A stretch of 64,000 nt of DNA from an uncultured bacterium (GCA_949293185.1 CASFCQ010000006.1:3389-67388); one strand, 5' to 3'. Shown: positions 18,317-29,102, counted from the stretch's first letter. Numbers and translations are program-made. The notes: generated by a model from the letters alone, not told the origin.

Positions 18317-18646
18317 TCAGACATTTTCATACTTGCTTATAAGATTTTTAAGCTCGTCAATCTGTCTTACTCCTGCCATTTGTTCAACGAGTTTGCCATC
18401 TTTAAACAGTAATATAGACGGAATACCGCTGACAAAAAACCTTGCTGCGGTATCGCGGTTTTCATCCACATTTATTTTGGCTATCACAGCTTTATCTTTC
18501 AGTTCGCCGGCTAATTTTGTAATAATCGGTTCCTGCACCTTGCAATGCCCGCACCATGGCGCGAAAAAGTCTACAAGAACAGGACTGGCAGCGTTTTTTA
18601 ATTGAATATCAAAGTTTTCGTCAGTAAGTTCTACTACATTAGCCAT
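18317..18646 (-). CDS. trxA: thioredoxin
   Basis: 109 aa with the WCGHC active site. Confidence 0.95.
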   Translation of the reverse strand: MANVVELTDENFDIQLKNAASPVLVDFFAPWCGHCKVQEPIITKLAGELKDKAVIAKINVDENRDTAARFFVSGIPSILLFKDGKLVEQMAGVRQIDELKNLISKYENV

Positions 18647-18777
18647 TTGTTTCTCCTTTTTATCAACAATCCATTTTATTCGAACGAATTATCAAAAAAC
18701 ATTGCAAAGGTCGGCTATTTTGTTATGATATTTTCATACATCCAACAGCATCACCTATTTATCGAACGGAGAATAAA

Positions 18778-19260
18778 ATGAGTTCAAAACAAGATTTTAA
18801 AACCAATGTAATGAGAATTTTGGACAAACATAAAATAAAATACAACCATTATACATACGCAGATACCGATGCCATCAGCGGTACAGAGGTTGCTCAGGTT
18901 CTCGGACAGAATCCCGATATGGTTTTTAAAACTCTTGTTACAACAGGCAAGTCTAAAAGGTATTACGTTTTTATGATTCCTGTTGCAAAAGAACTTGATT
19001 TAAAAAAAGCTGCAGCCGCTGTTAATGAAAAATCCGTAGAAATGCTGCATCTTAAAGACTTACTGCCGACAACCGGATATGTGCACGGAGGATGTTCACC
19101 TATAGGGATGAAAAAACTTTTTACAACGGTAATTGACGAATCAGCACAAAATTTTGACACAATAATATTCAGTGCAGGCAAAATTGGATATCAGGTAGAA
19201 TTAACTCCTCAGGATTTAAAAAAAGTTATACCGTATACCTTTGCTAATGTGTGTTGTTAA
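18778..19260 (+). CDS. ybaK: Cys-tRNA(Pro)/Cys-tRNA(Cys) deacylase
   Basis: 160 aa with a YbaK/EbsC pattern (KTLV, GYVHGGCSPIG). Confidence 0.85.
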   Translation: MSSKQDFKTNVMRILDKHKIKYNHYTYADTDAISGTEVAQVLGQNPDMVFKTLVTTGKSKRYYVFMIPVAKELDLKKAAAAVNEKSVEMLHLKDLLPTTGYVHGGCSPIGMKKLFTTVIDESAQNFDTIIFSAGKIGYQVELTPQDLKKVIPYTFANVCC

Positions 19261-19275
19261 TCAGAACAAGAACTG

Positions 19276-20115
19276 CTACACATTTATAACAATTAATCCG
19301 ATAAGCATACCTATTATTACAAAAAATGCCGGCAGTTTGCTTCTGTACATAAGAATAGACTGAGGCAAAATTTCGCCGAATACTACATACAACATTGCAC
19401 CGCTTGCAAAACTTAAGCTTAATGACAAACCTAAAGGTCCTAGATCGCCTATCCAATACCCCAGTATTGCACCGGCAATAGTCGGAGCACCGGCAAGAGC
19501 CGTAACCAGTATTGCCATACGGCGTCTTACTCCTCCGTTTATTAAAGGAACGGCAATAGCCATACCTTCCGGTATGTTATGCAAACCGATTAATACAGCC
19601 AGAACAAGTGCCGAACCCTGCATTACACCGTTAGTATTGGCAAAAGATGCCCCGATTGTCATCCCTTCCGGAAGGTTGTGTAATGCAATAGCACAAGCCA
19701 TAATCACTCCGGCAATAAAGAGCGAAACTTTATCATCATGTTTTCTTATATGTACGGAAAGGTGGTTACTGTGTATGATTTCATCAAGGTCATCAGCTGT
19801 TTCCGGGTGAGTTTTGTCAATATGAGAAACTTCATGGTTTGTTGTTCTGTCAATAAAAAGGTTTAAAAGATAGACAAGCGCAACACCTGCGCATATACCG
19901 GCACATACGGTATACACACCTGTTTTAGTGTCAAGAGCACTCACTATAAGATCAAAACATACTATCGCAACCATGACCCCTGCTGCAAAGCTCAACAGCA
20001 GACTGGCGGTTTTATTAGAATCTTTTTTAAACAATGCGCCGATTACACCGCCAAGCCCGGTTCCGCCTATTCCGGCAATAGTAGTAGCTTTTATTAGTAA
20101 AATTAATTGTTCCAA
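19276..20115 (-). CDS. ZIP family metal transporter (ZupT-like)
   Basis: 279 aa, multi-TM, with HNLPEGM and HNIPEGMA motifs. Starts 21 nt downstream of the cadA stop on the same strand. Confidence 0.85.
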   Translation of the reverse strand: MEQLILLIKATTIAGIGGTGLGGVIGALFKKDSNKTASLLLSFAAGVMVAIVCFDLIVSALDTKTGVYTVCAGICAGVALVYLLNLFIDRTTNHEVSHIDKTHPETADDLDEIIHSNHLSVHIRKHDDKVSLFIAGVIMACAIALHNLPEGMTIGASFANTNGVMQGSALVLAVLIGLHNIPEGMAIAVPLINGGVRRRMAILVTALAGAPTIAGAILGYWIGDLGPLGLSLSLSFASGAMLYVVFGEILPQSILMYRSKLPAFFVIIGMLIGLIVINV

Positions 20116-20135
20116 GTTATAAATACCTCTGCAAT

Positions 20136-22034
20136 TTATTGTTTAATAAAATCAGACGTATGTAAAGCCCTCAGCGCATTTAATATTGCAATAAAAGTTA
20201 CGCCGACATCCGCAAAAACAGCACCCCACATTGTTATAACCCCGAAAGCACCGAATATAAGAAATAATATTTTTATGCCAATGGCGAATGCAATATTCTC
20301 TTTAACAATACTCATTGTCTTTTGCGCAATCTTTATCAAAACACTTACTTTTAGAGGATTGTCATCCATAATCACAGCATCGGCGGCTTCTACTGCAGCA
20401 TCAGAACCCAAGCCACCCATTGCTATACCTGCATCAGCGAGTGCAAGTACCGGCGCATCATTTATTCCGTCACCTACAAATATAACGCTTTTGTTCTTTG
20501 ATTTTTCATGTATAAATTTTTCTGTAATCTCTACTTTTTGTGCAGGTAAAAGCTGTGCATAAAATTTGTCTATGCCGAGTTTTGCTGCTATATTTTCCGC
20601 TGCTGTCTGCGAATCACCTGTAAGCATAACGACATTTTTAACGTGCTGCTTGTTTTTGAGTTCATTTATTACATCTTGGGCATCATCTTTGAGCGTATCT
20701 GATATTACAATACAGCCCAGATATTGATTGTCTTTGGCAATATAAACAAGAGTACCTTGTTCGTCAGATTTATTGTATTCTATATTGAATTCTTCCATTA
20801 ACGCAGCATTACCGGCAAGTATAACTGTTCCGTCTATGTCAGCTTCTACTCCTTTGCCGGCATGTTCCGTAACATTTTTTACAAGATGTTCATCAATATT
20901 TTTTCCGTAAGCTTCTTTAAGAGCAGCCGCAACAGGATGGCTGGAATATGCCTCCGCCATTGCTGCATATTTCAAAATTTCTTCACTCTTTTCGCCTATT
21001 ACTTTGTTGACCGAAAATACTCCTTTTGTGAGTGTTCCTGTTTTATCAAATATAACCGTTTCGACATGTGATAAAACTTCCAGATAGTTGCTGCCTTTTA
21101 GTAATATTCCGCATTTTGATGCTCCGCCGATTCCCGCAAAAAAGCTCAATGGTACGGATATAACAAGAGCGCACGGGCAAGAAATAACCAAAAATGTCAA
21201 TGCTCTATACAGCCAGGTCGAAAATTCTGCCCCTTCTATAAATAGCGGAGGAATAACAGCAAGAAGCAGCGCACCGGCAACGACAGCAGGGGTATAATAT
21301 CGTGCAAATTTTGTTATAAAATTTTCTGTTTTTGTTTTTTTAGAAGTTGCATGTTCGACAAGTTCAAGAATTTTTGATACTGTGGATTCTCCAAACTCTT
21401 TTGTCACCGAAATTTTTAACAGTCCGTTAGTATTAATACAACCGCTTAAAACACTATCACCGGCGTTTGCTTCTACAGGGACAGATTCTCCTGTAAGCGC
21501 TGATGTATCAACAAGAGCACAGCCTTCTGTTACAACACCGTCCAGCGGAATTTTTTCTCCTGTTTTAACAACGATAATATCATTCTTTTTAACAGTTGAA
21601 GGGTCAACTTTTTGCAGTTTTCCGTCTTTTTCAAGATTTGCATAATCAGGACGTATATCCATCAGGGATTGAATAGATTTGCGTGATTTTTCCACAGCCG
21701 TATGTTGAAAATATTCACCAATCTGATAAAGTATCATAACCATAACCGCCTCGGGATATTCTTTTATTGCAAATGCTCCGATAGTCACAATCCCCATAAG
21801 AAAATTTTCATCAAAGACTTGTCCTTTAATGATATTTTTTGCAGCTCTTAAAATAACATCGCCGCCGGCAAGAACATATGCAATCGCATAGACAATAAAT
21901 TTCAATATGCCTTCAATAGGAAAAACAAACGCTGATATAAAAACCAAAATAGCGGCAGATATTCTCAATAACAGACTTTTTTGTCCGTTGTGATTATGTT
22001 CGTGACAGTGTTCGTGTTCTTTGTGTTCGCACAT
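20136..22034 (-). CDS. cadA: Cd/Zn/Pb-type P1B heavy-metal ATPase
   Basis: Carries CPC (SCPCALVIS), DKTGT, GDGINDAP and a His-rich N-terminus. Start reassigned to MCEHKEHEH (ATG 22034, AAGAGG SD), because the track start lies inside the promoter. Confidence 0.93.
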   Translation of the reverse strand: MCEHKEHEHCHEHNHNGQKSLLLRISAAILVFISAFVFPIEGILKFIVYAIAYVLAGGDVILRAAKNIIKGQVFDENFLMGIVTIGAFAIKEYPEAVMVMILYQIGEYFQHTAVEKSRKSIQSLMDIRPDYANLEKDGKLQKVDPSTVKKNDIIVVKTGEKIPLDGVVTEGCALVDTSALTGESVPVEANAGDSVLSGCINTNGLLKISVTKEFGESTVSKILELVEHATSKKTKTENFITKFARYYTPAVVAGALLLAVIPPLFIEGAEFSTWLYRALTFLVISCPCALVISVPLSFFAGIGGASKCGILLKGSNYLEVLSHVETVIFDKTGTLTKGVFSVNKVIGEKSEEILKYAAMAEAYSSHPVAAALKEAYGKNIDEHLVKNVTEHAGKGVEADIDGTVILAGNAALMEEFNIEYNKSDEQGTLVYIAKDNQYLGCIVISDTLKDDAQDVINELKNKQHVKNVVMLTGDSQTAAENIAAKLGIDKFYAQLLPAQKVEITEKFIHEKSKNKSVIFVGDGINDAPVLALADAGIAMGGLGSDAAVEAADAVIMDDNPLKVSVLIKIAQKTMSIVKENIAFAIGIKILFLIFGAFGVITMWGAVFADVGVTFIAILNALRALHTSDFIKQ

Positions 22035-22049
22035 GTAAACCTCTTTTCG

Positions 22050-22106
22050 ATTGAATAGTTGTTCAATTATATTAGTATTATAGTTGAACATTTATTCAAC
22101 TGTCAA
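22050..22106 (-). promoter_or_regulatory. cadA promoter with embedded inverted-repeat operators
   Basis: On the minus strand: TTGACA (22106-22101), 18-nt spacer GTTGAATAAATGTTCAAC (a 6-6-6 inverted repeat) and TATAAT (22082-22077). A second inverted repeat, ATTGAATAGTTGTTCAAT, lies at 22050-22067 in the 5' UTR. Confidence 0.75.
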
Positions 22107-22135
22107 GTGTTTATAATTTAAATTGTTACAAAATT

Positions 22136-22165
22136 TTGACAATTGAACAATTATTCACATATAAT
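22136..22165 (+). promoter_or_regulatory. cadC/arsR-family gene promoter with operator half-sites
   Basis: TTGACA (22136-22141), 18-nt spacer ATTGAACAATTATTCACA and TATAAT (22160-22165). AGGAG SD at 22173. Confidence 0.75.
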
Positions 22166-22186
22166 AAAATATAGGAGACACTCACG

Positions 22187-22537
22187 ATGGAAAACAAAAC
22201 ACCTGATTCTGAAGCCATTAATGCCGATTTAGTAAATAAAATAAAGCCTAATATGCCTAAAAAAGAGCTATTGTACGATTTGTCGGATTTTTTTAAAGTT
22301 ATGGGCGATAGCACAAGAATTCAACTTTTATGGGCGCTAGAAGAAAACGAATTGTGCGTCGGAGAGCTTGCTGCAATTCTAGATATGACAAAGTCTGCAG
22401 TATCACACCAACTAAAAGTCTTACGTACGGCAAAGCTTGTACGTTCCCAAAAAAGAGGAAAAAATGTTTATTATTCATTGAATGATGAACACGTACAAAT
22501 TATTGTAAAAATGGCGTTAGAACATGTTTGTGAATAG
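22187..22537 (+). CDS. ArsR/SmtB family metalloregulator (CadC/CzrA-like)
   Basis: 116 aa with a winged HTH (ELCVGELAAILDMTKSAVSHQLKVLR). Divergent from cadA. Confidence 0.9.
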   Translation: MENKTPDSEAINADLVNKIKPNMPKKELLYDLSDFFKVMGDSTRIQLLWALEENELCVGELAAILDMTKSAVSHQLKVLRTAKLVRSQKRGKNVYYSLNDEHVQIIVKMALEHVCE

Positions 22538-22621
22538 TCATAACAGATATCCTTACCAGTAAAAGAGATATTTAAATTTTTATATGTTGTTCATTTGGTG
22601 GAAAATGGAAAAATAGCTGTA

Positions 22622-23599
22622 TCAGTTCCCGTTCACTTCTTTATAATAATCAAGAGGTTTGTTAGCAAATATGTAATCAATTTTGCCTTTGTTTTTCAGC
22701 ACAAGCCCAAGCACATTAAAAAACATTGTCAAACCTAAAATTACCGAAGGAACAAGCAAAAACAGACAACATACAAGCGCAGTAAAGGTTTTTAGCAGAT
22801 ATAAAAATTTCAGAAGGATTTTATCATTTTCCAAAAATTTTAGCATTGCACCTGAGTATCCGTTGTAATAATGCCTGTTTAAAATCCATTTTAAATTAGC
22901 TCTGCTGTTGCCAATGAGTTCATAGTTTATTGCATCATTATTCCAAACAATTGTATATCCTGCATTGGAAGCTCGAGAAAAGAAGTCGCCGTCTTCTCCC
23001 CCCATATATACAAATCTGTTGTCAAACCATAAACCGCTGTCTTTTGTCACTGATACAGGAAAAAACACATTTCCGCTGGCACAAATCGGTCTTGTCGTAC
23101 CTGTTTTTTTAGTTGTAGAAGTTTTAAAAATTTTGTTGTTTTTTATGTATGGCGGATATTCTTCCGTAAATTTGCTGTATGTCGGACCTGAACTAATCAA
23201 TACATCGGAATTGTTGCGATAAAAGTTTATATGGTTACAAAGCCAGTTTTTGTCCAGTATTTCATCATCATCAAAAAATGCTATATGTGATGCCCCCAGT
23301 GCAATCGCTTCTTTTAAAACTCTGTTTCTTGCACTAGCAATCCCTCGTTGTTTTTCAACAACATAATATACTGGAATTTTTGAGGTATGTTGAAAGTTCT
23401 CAGTTACAGTACGAGCTGTTTCATCCTCATCATTATCCACAATCAATACAGCTGTTTTAACTGCCGGTAAAAGATTAAGGTTATCTATTGAGTGCATTGC
23501 TTCTGCCAACATATGCGGACGTTTGCAGGTACAACAGCATATCAGTACAAACTCTATCTCCGGTTTTGGCTGTGTCTTAATTTCCAAATAATACCCCAA
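22622..23599 (-). CDS. family 2 glycosyltransferase
   Basis: 325 aa with a GT2 pattern (DNDEDE, FFDDDE) and C-terminal TM helices. TTG start. Confidence 0.8.
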   Translation of the reverse strand: MGYYLEIKTQPKPEIEFVLICCCTCKRPHMLAEAMHSIDNLNLLPAVKTAVLIVDNDEDETARTVTENFQHTSKIPVYYVVEKQRGIASARNRVLKEAIALGASHIAFFDDDEILDKNWLCNHINFYRNNSDVLISSGPTYSKFTEEYPPYIKNNKIFKTSTTKKTGTTRPICASGNVFFPVSVTKDSGLWFDNRFVYMGGEDGDFFSRASNAGYTIVWNNDAINYELIGNSRANLKWILNRHYYNGYSGAMLKFLENDKILLKFLYLLKTFTALVCCLFLLVPSVILGLTMFFNVLGLVLKNKGKIDYIFANKPLDYYKEVNGN

Positions 23600-23714
23600 T
23601 CTTATCTTCTGTATTTATTTTACTAAAAAAACAGCGTACTAAAACAGCAATTTATAAAAATTGTTACATCTAATGCCTTAAGAAAGTTGAAAAAATTTTT
23701 TTAATATGTTATCT

Positions 23715-23898
23715 TGACTTTACAAAGTCACTTTTTAATTTTTGGATTAAATAATGAACACACTATTATTCACAAAACATCATCATAACCATCATATAGT
23801 CCCGATAAGGCTATAGGGTTATTTGTTGTTCGTGGATTAATAACCGATTCTTAAAAGAAACCAGCCTTTTCGGGAAAAAACGAACAGGCTGTTTTTTT
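23715..23898 (+). promoter_or_regulatory. 5' leader with operator-like palindrome, alternative hairpins and intrinsic terminator upstream of 23921 gene
   Basis: Palindrome TGACTTT-AC-AAAGTCA at 23715-23730. GGTTAT(T) at 23817 can pair with ATAACC at either 23785 or 23840. Terminator stem spans 23862-23891 with T7 at 23892-23898. Confidence 0.5.
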
Positions 23899-23920
23899 AT
23901 GTAAAATCGGAGAAAATTTA

Positions 23921-25189
23921 ATGTCATTAACAACAATAATATCGGCTATCGGAAACACTAATAAACAATACCCTCTTATAGTAAGAGATTGCGGAATTGA
24001 AGTTCCAACAAAAATAGTACTGACCTACAATCAAAATAAGGACGAATCAAAAGATATTGCAAAACTCGCAGCCAGAGAGCGCTTTTTAGACGAATATGCA
24101 GTATCCGCTGTATGGCTGGGCGGCATACCGCTTATGGATAAACTGGTTAATTATTTTATCCGAAAAAAAGGATTTAATCCTGATGTTAACCTCAAACTGT
24201 TTAAAGAAAACAATGCCCAGGGAATAAATCTCAACATAAAGAATTTTGAGGGCAAGGTTTCCCAATCAGTGATTAACGATCTTAAAAAAGTTAAAAACAA
24301 CAAAGCTGTTTTTGAAAAACTGCTGGCACTCAAATTCGGACTTTCAACGACCATCCCGATGTTATTTATGGGAGTTATACTGCCCAAGCTTATTTTTGCA
24401 TCATCGGGAAGAAAAATTGAAAAATTAAGAGCACAAAAACAGCAAAAACAACAATATACGCAACGTTTTAACAATCCAATGGATTATATAAAAAACGGTA
24501 AAATTTCGTTTAAAGGCAATGCAATATCACAGATTGCAAACTTTTCTACAGTGGATAAAATGGCTGTAACAGACGGCGGCTATGCTCTCGGGCGTGTTGC
24601 TACTGCACGCAACAAAAACGAGGCTATTGATGTTGGTTTTAAAATGGCAGGAATGCTGTTTTTAAATTTTATTGCACCGCCTTATCTGGCTAAATTTCTG
24701 GACAAAACAACCTGCAAACTAACAGGGCTGAATGTTGCACTTGATCCGATTATTTTAGATGACAAAAAATTTAGGGAAGCAATAAAAAATAAAACTCTTC
24801 TATTACCTAAAGGTAATTCGGAAAAAGAAATCATTGAGTTTTTAGACCTAAATCCCAAGGCTCTGTTTTCAAAATACGCACAGCAGTTTTGCGATGTAAA
24901 ATATCTTGAAAACGGCATACGCGACCCGAGAGCCTGGGTTAATACAAAAAATGTAGCACAGATGAAGACAGAAATGGAAAAATTTGCGAAAAATGCGTTA
25001 AAAAGTAAAGATATAACAGCTTTTGCGAAAAAAGCAAAATACGCAAAATTCTTCAATATTTTAACCAACATAGGTGTAAGCAGTGCCCTGCTGGCTTTTG
25101 CACTGCCAAAGGCACAATTTGCTTTCCGCAAATTCATCACCGGCTCTGACTTAGAACCCGGACTTGCCACGAGCAAGGATAAAATATAA
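23921..25189 (+). CDS. hypothetical membrane protein
   Basis: 422 aa with GGAG SD and several hydrophobic segments. No family recognised. Confidence 0.6.
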   Translation: MSLTTIISAIGNTNKQYPLIVRDCGIEVPTKIVLTYNQNKDESKDIAKLAARERFLDEYAVSAVWLGGIPLMDKLVNYFIRKKGFNPDVNLKLFKENNAQGINLNIKNFEGKVSQSVINDLKKVKNNKAVFEKLLALKFGLSTTIPMLFMGVILPKLIFASSGRKIEKLRAQKQQKQQYTQRFNNPMDYIKNGKISFKGNAISQIANFSTVDKMAVTDGGYALGRVATARNKNEAIDVGFKMAGMLFLNFIAPPYLAKFLDKTTCKLTGLNVALDPIILDDKKFREAIKNKTLLLPKGNSEKEIIEFLDLNPKALFSKYAQQFCDVKYLENGIRDPRAWVNTKNVAQMKTEMEKFAKNALKSKDITAFAKKAKYAKFFNILTNIGVSSALLAFALPKAQFAFRKFITGSDLEPGLATSKDKI

Positions 25190-25200
25190 ATTGTTAATAA

Positions 25201-25240
25201 AAAAGTCCGGTGATTGAAATAACAACCCCGGACTTTTTTA
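25201..25240. terminator. bidirectional terminator
   Basis: AAAAGTCCGG ... CCGGACTTTTTT. Confidence 0.65.
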
Positions 25241-25253
25241 TAATAATTTTTTC

Positions 25254-26018
25254 TTATGCGTTAGCTGTTTCTCTTTCAACAACTTTTGAACCCTTAACTG
25301 CTTCAACTATTGCAGTAGCAGCAGCAATCATTTCTATATCAGAGTTCAATTTGTTAACACAAGAACCTACGCCTACTGCGCTTGCACCAGCAGCAATTGC
25401 CATAGGAACAGTAGTTGTTGTCAAACCTGATGCTGTCATAACAGGTATATCAACGTTTCTTACAAGTTCAATAGTATTAGCGATAGATACCTGAGCTGTT
25501 TCTAACAATGCTCTTGCGCCTTCAGATGTTGTATGTACAGTTGCAGCACCTTCTGTTTGGATTAAGTCAATGTTTAATGCTTCCAATTCTTTAGCAAGAG
25601 CAATTTGAGAAGAGATATCAATGTGTCCCGGAACAGTTACACAAACAAATACATTTGAATTTCCGATTAATGCCAAAGTTTCTTTAACAATATCCAGAAT
25701 TTCTTCAGCAGACATTCTCAAACCTTTTTTGTATAATGCATCAAAGTTGCCAACCTCGATTGCATCAGCACCTGCTTTAACAGCCATTGCTAAATCCTGC
25801 GGAACGATAGAAGAAACGAATACCGGCAAAGAAGTAGTTTCTTTAGCCATTTTAATGATTTCTTCTTTAGCTGCAACGTCAACTGCGCTTGCACCTGCTT
25901 TGTCAGCAGCGATAACAACGTTTCTTACTCTGTCCATATCGAAGTTATCGATACCTGCGATAATTTTTACCGCTCTTTTAGCTTCTAAATCTTTTCTGAA
26001 TGATGTAATTCTTTTCAT
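25254..26018 (-). CDS. DUF561 / Ycf23-like TIM-barrel protein
   Basis: 254 aa. KIIAGIDNFDMDRVRNVVIAADKAGASAVDVAA matches my memory of the ycf23 family found in cyanobacteria and plastids. Confidence 0.7.
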   Translation of the reverse strand: MKRITSFRKDLEAKRAVKIIAGIDNFDMDRVRNVVIAADKAGASAVDVAAKEEIIKMAKETTSLPVFVSSIVPQDLAMAVKAGADAIEVGNFDALYKKGLRMSAEEILDIVKETLALIGNSNVFVCVTVPGHIDISSQIALAKELEALNIDLIQTEGAATVHTTSEGARALLETAQVSIANTIELVRNVDIPVMTASGLTTTTVPMAIAAGASAVGVGSCVNKLNSDIEMIAAATAIVEAVKGSKVVERETANA

Positions 26019-26041
26019 CTTAAACTTTACCTTTCTTTTAT

Positions 26042-28624
26042 TTATTCTTCATTATTTTCTTCTGTAGTTGTATTTATATCAAGCATACTCTGTTGAACTG
26101 AATCGTCAACAGATGCCGTGTCGGCTTGAGCAGACGCATCAGCCGCTGCGGAAGTGTCATCATCTGAATCAGTATTGACTATCTTATTAATAGTACAAAC
26201 CATATCACCGTCAGAGAGGTTTTGTATTTTAACACCCGTAGCCGGTCTGCCCTGGCGGGAAATACAATCAGCCTTGATTCTGGAAACAACACCGTTTTGA
26301 GTTACAACCATAATTTCATCTTTTTCTTCAACAATTGTCAGGGCGACTAATCTTGAAGATGAAGATTTAAACTTGGTTGCGATAAGACCTATACCGCCTC
26401 TGTTTTGAGGTCTGAATTCTGACAGTTTAGAACGTTTGCCAAAGCCGTCGGATGTTACGACAAGGAGGTCTGCGTCATAATCTCTCGGTACAATATCACA
26501 GCCGATAATTTTATCACCGGCTCTGAGTTTCATAGAGTTTACACCTCTTGCACTTCTACCCAAAGGACGCATATCGCTAATCGGGAATCTTATTGCCATA
26601 CCGCAGGAGGTGCCGATTATAACTTCGTCGTTATCCTGAGCTTGTTTTACCCAGCATAATGTATCGCCCTCTTCGAGTCCGATAGCTATTATGCCGCTTT
26701 TTCTGATACTTTCAAAGTTATCAAGCGAGATTCTCTTGATGTAACCTTTTTGAGTAAGCATAATGAGATTTGATGCTGTTTTAAAGTCACTGACCGGAAC
26801 AACAGCCGTAATTTGTTCATCCTGTTCAAGCGGAAGTACGTTGATAATAGGCAACCCTTTTGCCTGACGTCCGCCTTCAGGGAATTCGTACACATTCAGG
26901 CTGTATACAGTACCCTTAGAGCTAAAGAACAATACTTTATCGTGCATCATTGCAGTAAAGAAGTGTTCCACGTCATCGTCTTCTTTAGTCTTTATGCCGC
27001 CTTTGCCTCTTGTTGCACGGTTTTGTCTTTCAAAAGTATCAAGAGAGATTCTTTTTAAGTATCCCTGACGTGTTATAAACACTGCCATAGGGAGGTTCGG
27101 AGTTAAGTCTTCTATTGTCATTTCATCGGCTTCGGGAACAATTTGTGTTCTTCTGTCATCGCCGTATTTTTCTTTATCTTCTCTTAACTCGTCTTTGATT
27201 ATATTAAGAACTTTTTGTCTGTCAGCAAGGATTGCTTCGTATTCAGCAATTTTCTTTTTAAGTTCTTCGTATTCAGATTTGATTTTATCCTGTTCCAATC
27301 CTGTCAAACGTCTTAATTGCATTTCTAGGATTGCATTAGCCTGATCCGCATCAAGTCCGAATCTGCTCATCAAGCCTGTACGTGCCTCATCAGTAGTTTT
27401 TGACTTTTTGATTAATTCAATTACTTCATCAAGGCTGCCTAACGCAATCAGCAAACCTGCCAAGATGTGTGCACGGATTTTAGCTTTTTTAAGGAAGAAG
27501 ATTGTTCTCCTTGTAACAACTTCTACCCTGTGTTCAACAAATTCATTCAATACTTCATACAGATTCATCAAACGCGGCTGTTTGCCGACGAGTGCAACCA
27601 TATTAACCCCGAATGTTGTACTCAACTGGGTATATTTAAACAGATTGTTTTTAACAACTTCCGGTTTTGCATCACGTTTTAGTTCTATAACAATTCTCAT
27701 ACCTTCACGGTCTGATTCGTCACGCAGGTCAGAAATACCGTCAATTTTCTTATCTCTGACAAGTTCCGCAATCTTTTCAATTAACAGAGCCTTGTTAACC
27801 TGATACGGAATTTCAGTAACGATTATAGCTGTTCTGCCCTGTCGTCCGCCGCCACCGGGAATTTCTTCAAACTGTGCAACGGCTTTCATTTTAATAGAGC
27901 CTCTGCCTGTTGTATAAGCCTGTTTAATATCCTGTAGACCGACTATTGTTGCAGCAGTCGGGAAGTCAGGACCTTTGATGTGTTCCATCAATCCTTCTAC
28001 CGTAATATCAGGATTGTCTATCAAAGCAATAGTACCGTCTACAACTTCACAAAGGTTGTGAGGCGGAATGTTTGTCGCCATACCAACAGCAATACCTGAC
28101 ACGCCGTTTAGCAGCAGCATCGGCAGCCTTACAGGCAAGACGGAAGGTTCTTCCAGTGAACCGTCGAAGTTAGGTGTAAAGTCAACTGTTTCGCAATCAA
28201 TATCCGCAAGCATTGATTGTGTAATTTTATGCATTCTGGCTTCTGTATAACGCATTGCAGCAGCGGAGTCACCGTCAACAGAACCGAAGTTGCCATGCCC
28301 GTCAATAGTTTGATATCTTGTTGAAAAATCCTGAGCCATACGAACCAGAGATTCATAAACAGCTGTATCACCGTGCGGGTGATATTTACCGAGAACTTCA
28401 CCAACGATTCTGGCACTTTTCTTAAACGGCTTATCGGGCGTCATCCCAAGTTCGTTCATCGCAAACAATATACGTCTGTGAACAGGCTTTAAACCGTCTC
28501 TTACATCAGGAAGCGCACGCCCTACAATTACTGACATTGCGTAGTCAATATAAGAACGCTTCATTTCATCTCTTATATTTACTGGTACTATTTTTCCGTC
28601 TTCAAATAAATTTTGCTGGCTCAA
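26042..28624 (-). CDS. gyrA: DNA gyrase subunit A
   Basis: 860 aa with [23 protein letters not shown], the active-site region AAMRYTE and C-terminal beta-pinwheel repeats. TTG start. Confidence 0.97.
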   Translation of the reverse strand: MSQQNLFEDGKIVPVNIRDEMKRSYIDYAMSVIVGRALPDVRDGLKPVHRRILFAMNELGMTPDKPFKKSARIVGEVLGKYHPHGDTAVYESLVRMAQDFSTRYQTIDGHGNFGSVDGDSAAAMRYTEARMHKITQSMLADIDCETVDFTPNFDGSLEEPSVLPVRLPMLLLNGVSGIAVGMATNIPPHNLCEVVDGTIALIDNPDITVEGLMEHIKGPDFPTAATIVGLQDIKQAYTTGRGSIKMKAVAQFEEIPGGGGRQGRTAIIVTEIPYQVNKALLIEKIAELVRDKKIDGISDLRDESDREGMRIVIELKRDAKPEVVKNNLFKYTQLSTTFGVNMVALVGKQPRLMNLYEVLNEFVEHRVEVVTRRTIFFLKKAKIRAHILAGLLIALGSLDEVIELIKKSKTTDEARTGLMSRFGLDADQANAILEMQLRRLTGLEQDKIKSEYEELKKKIAEYEAILADRQKVLNIIKDELREDKEKYGDDRRTQIVPEADEMTIEDLTPNLPMAVFITRQGYLKRISLDTFERQNRATRGKGGIKTKEDDDVEHFFTAMMHDKVLFFSSKGTVYSLNVYEFPEGGRQAKGLPIINVLPLEQDEQITAVVPVSDFKTASNLIMLTQKGYIKRISLDNFESIRKSGIIAIGLEEGDTLCWVKQAQDNDEVIIGTSCGMAIRFPISDMRPLGRSARGVNSMKLRAGDKIIGCDIVPRDYDADLLVVTSDGFGKRSKLSEFRPQNRGGIGLIATKFKSSSSRLVALTIVEEKDEIMVVTQNGVVSRIKADCISRQGRPATGVKIQNLSDGDMVCTINKIVNTDSDDDTSAAADASAQADTASVDDSVQQSMLDINTTTEENNEE

Positions 28625-28787
28625 TTCTCCACCCCTAATTTATGCTGTATACACTTATATATTTATCCATATTAAAATTTTAGCATAAACAAAGGGGGGT
28701 GCAAATTGTTAATTAACATGTTCAACCACATGCATCTTGCAGAAGTCAGATTCAATTAGCCTGTAAATTTTTTTCGGCAGAGCAATT

Positions 28788-29102
28788 TTATTTTTTGCTG
28801 GATTTTAATTCTTTAAGAGATTGTTTGTACTCCTGTTTTAAACACATTTTTTGATTTGTTAAATCTACGATTTGTTTTTGATAAGCAAGGATTTGCGCTT
28901 TAACAGTCGGGTCGTTACAGTAATCATCCGATGCCAATTCCTGTATTGCGAGCATTTTCCCTTTTACCTGAGCATTAATCACTTTGTTTTTTATCATTTT
29001 TTTATTATGCAGCATTCTTTTCTGCTGCCTGTATGTACAATCTGCCTCGGCAGCCGCGGACGTAAAAACTATCATAATAAACAATAGCAATAATTTTTTC
29101 AT
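28788..29102 (-). CDS. small secreted coiled-coil protein
   Basis: 104 aa with signal peptide MKKLLLLFIMIVFTSAAAEA. Confidence 0.55.
   Translation of the reverse strand: MKKLLLLFIMIVFTSAAAEADCTYRQQKRMLHNKKMIKNKVINAQVKGKMLAIQELASDDYCNDPTVKAQILAYQKQIVDLTNQKMCLKQEYKQSLKELKSSKK

Noticed and set aside
25210-26067. Long antisense ORFs 25210-25494 (+) and 25621-26067 (+) lie opposite the ycf23-like gene. Similar Ala/Ser/Thr-rich ORFs lie opposite cadA (20107-20562, 21088-21645), the ZIP gene (19574-20122) and radA (32485-32757).
   Set aside because: These low-complexity translations are typical of the reverse frame of GC3-poor genes. They lack start contexts, and the sense-strand genes are unambiguous.
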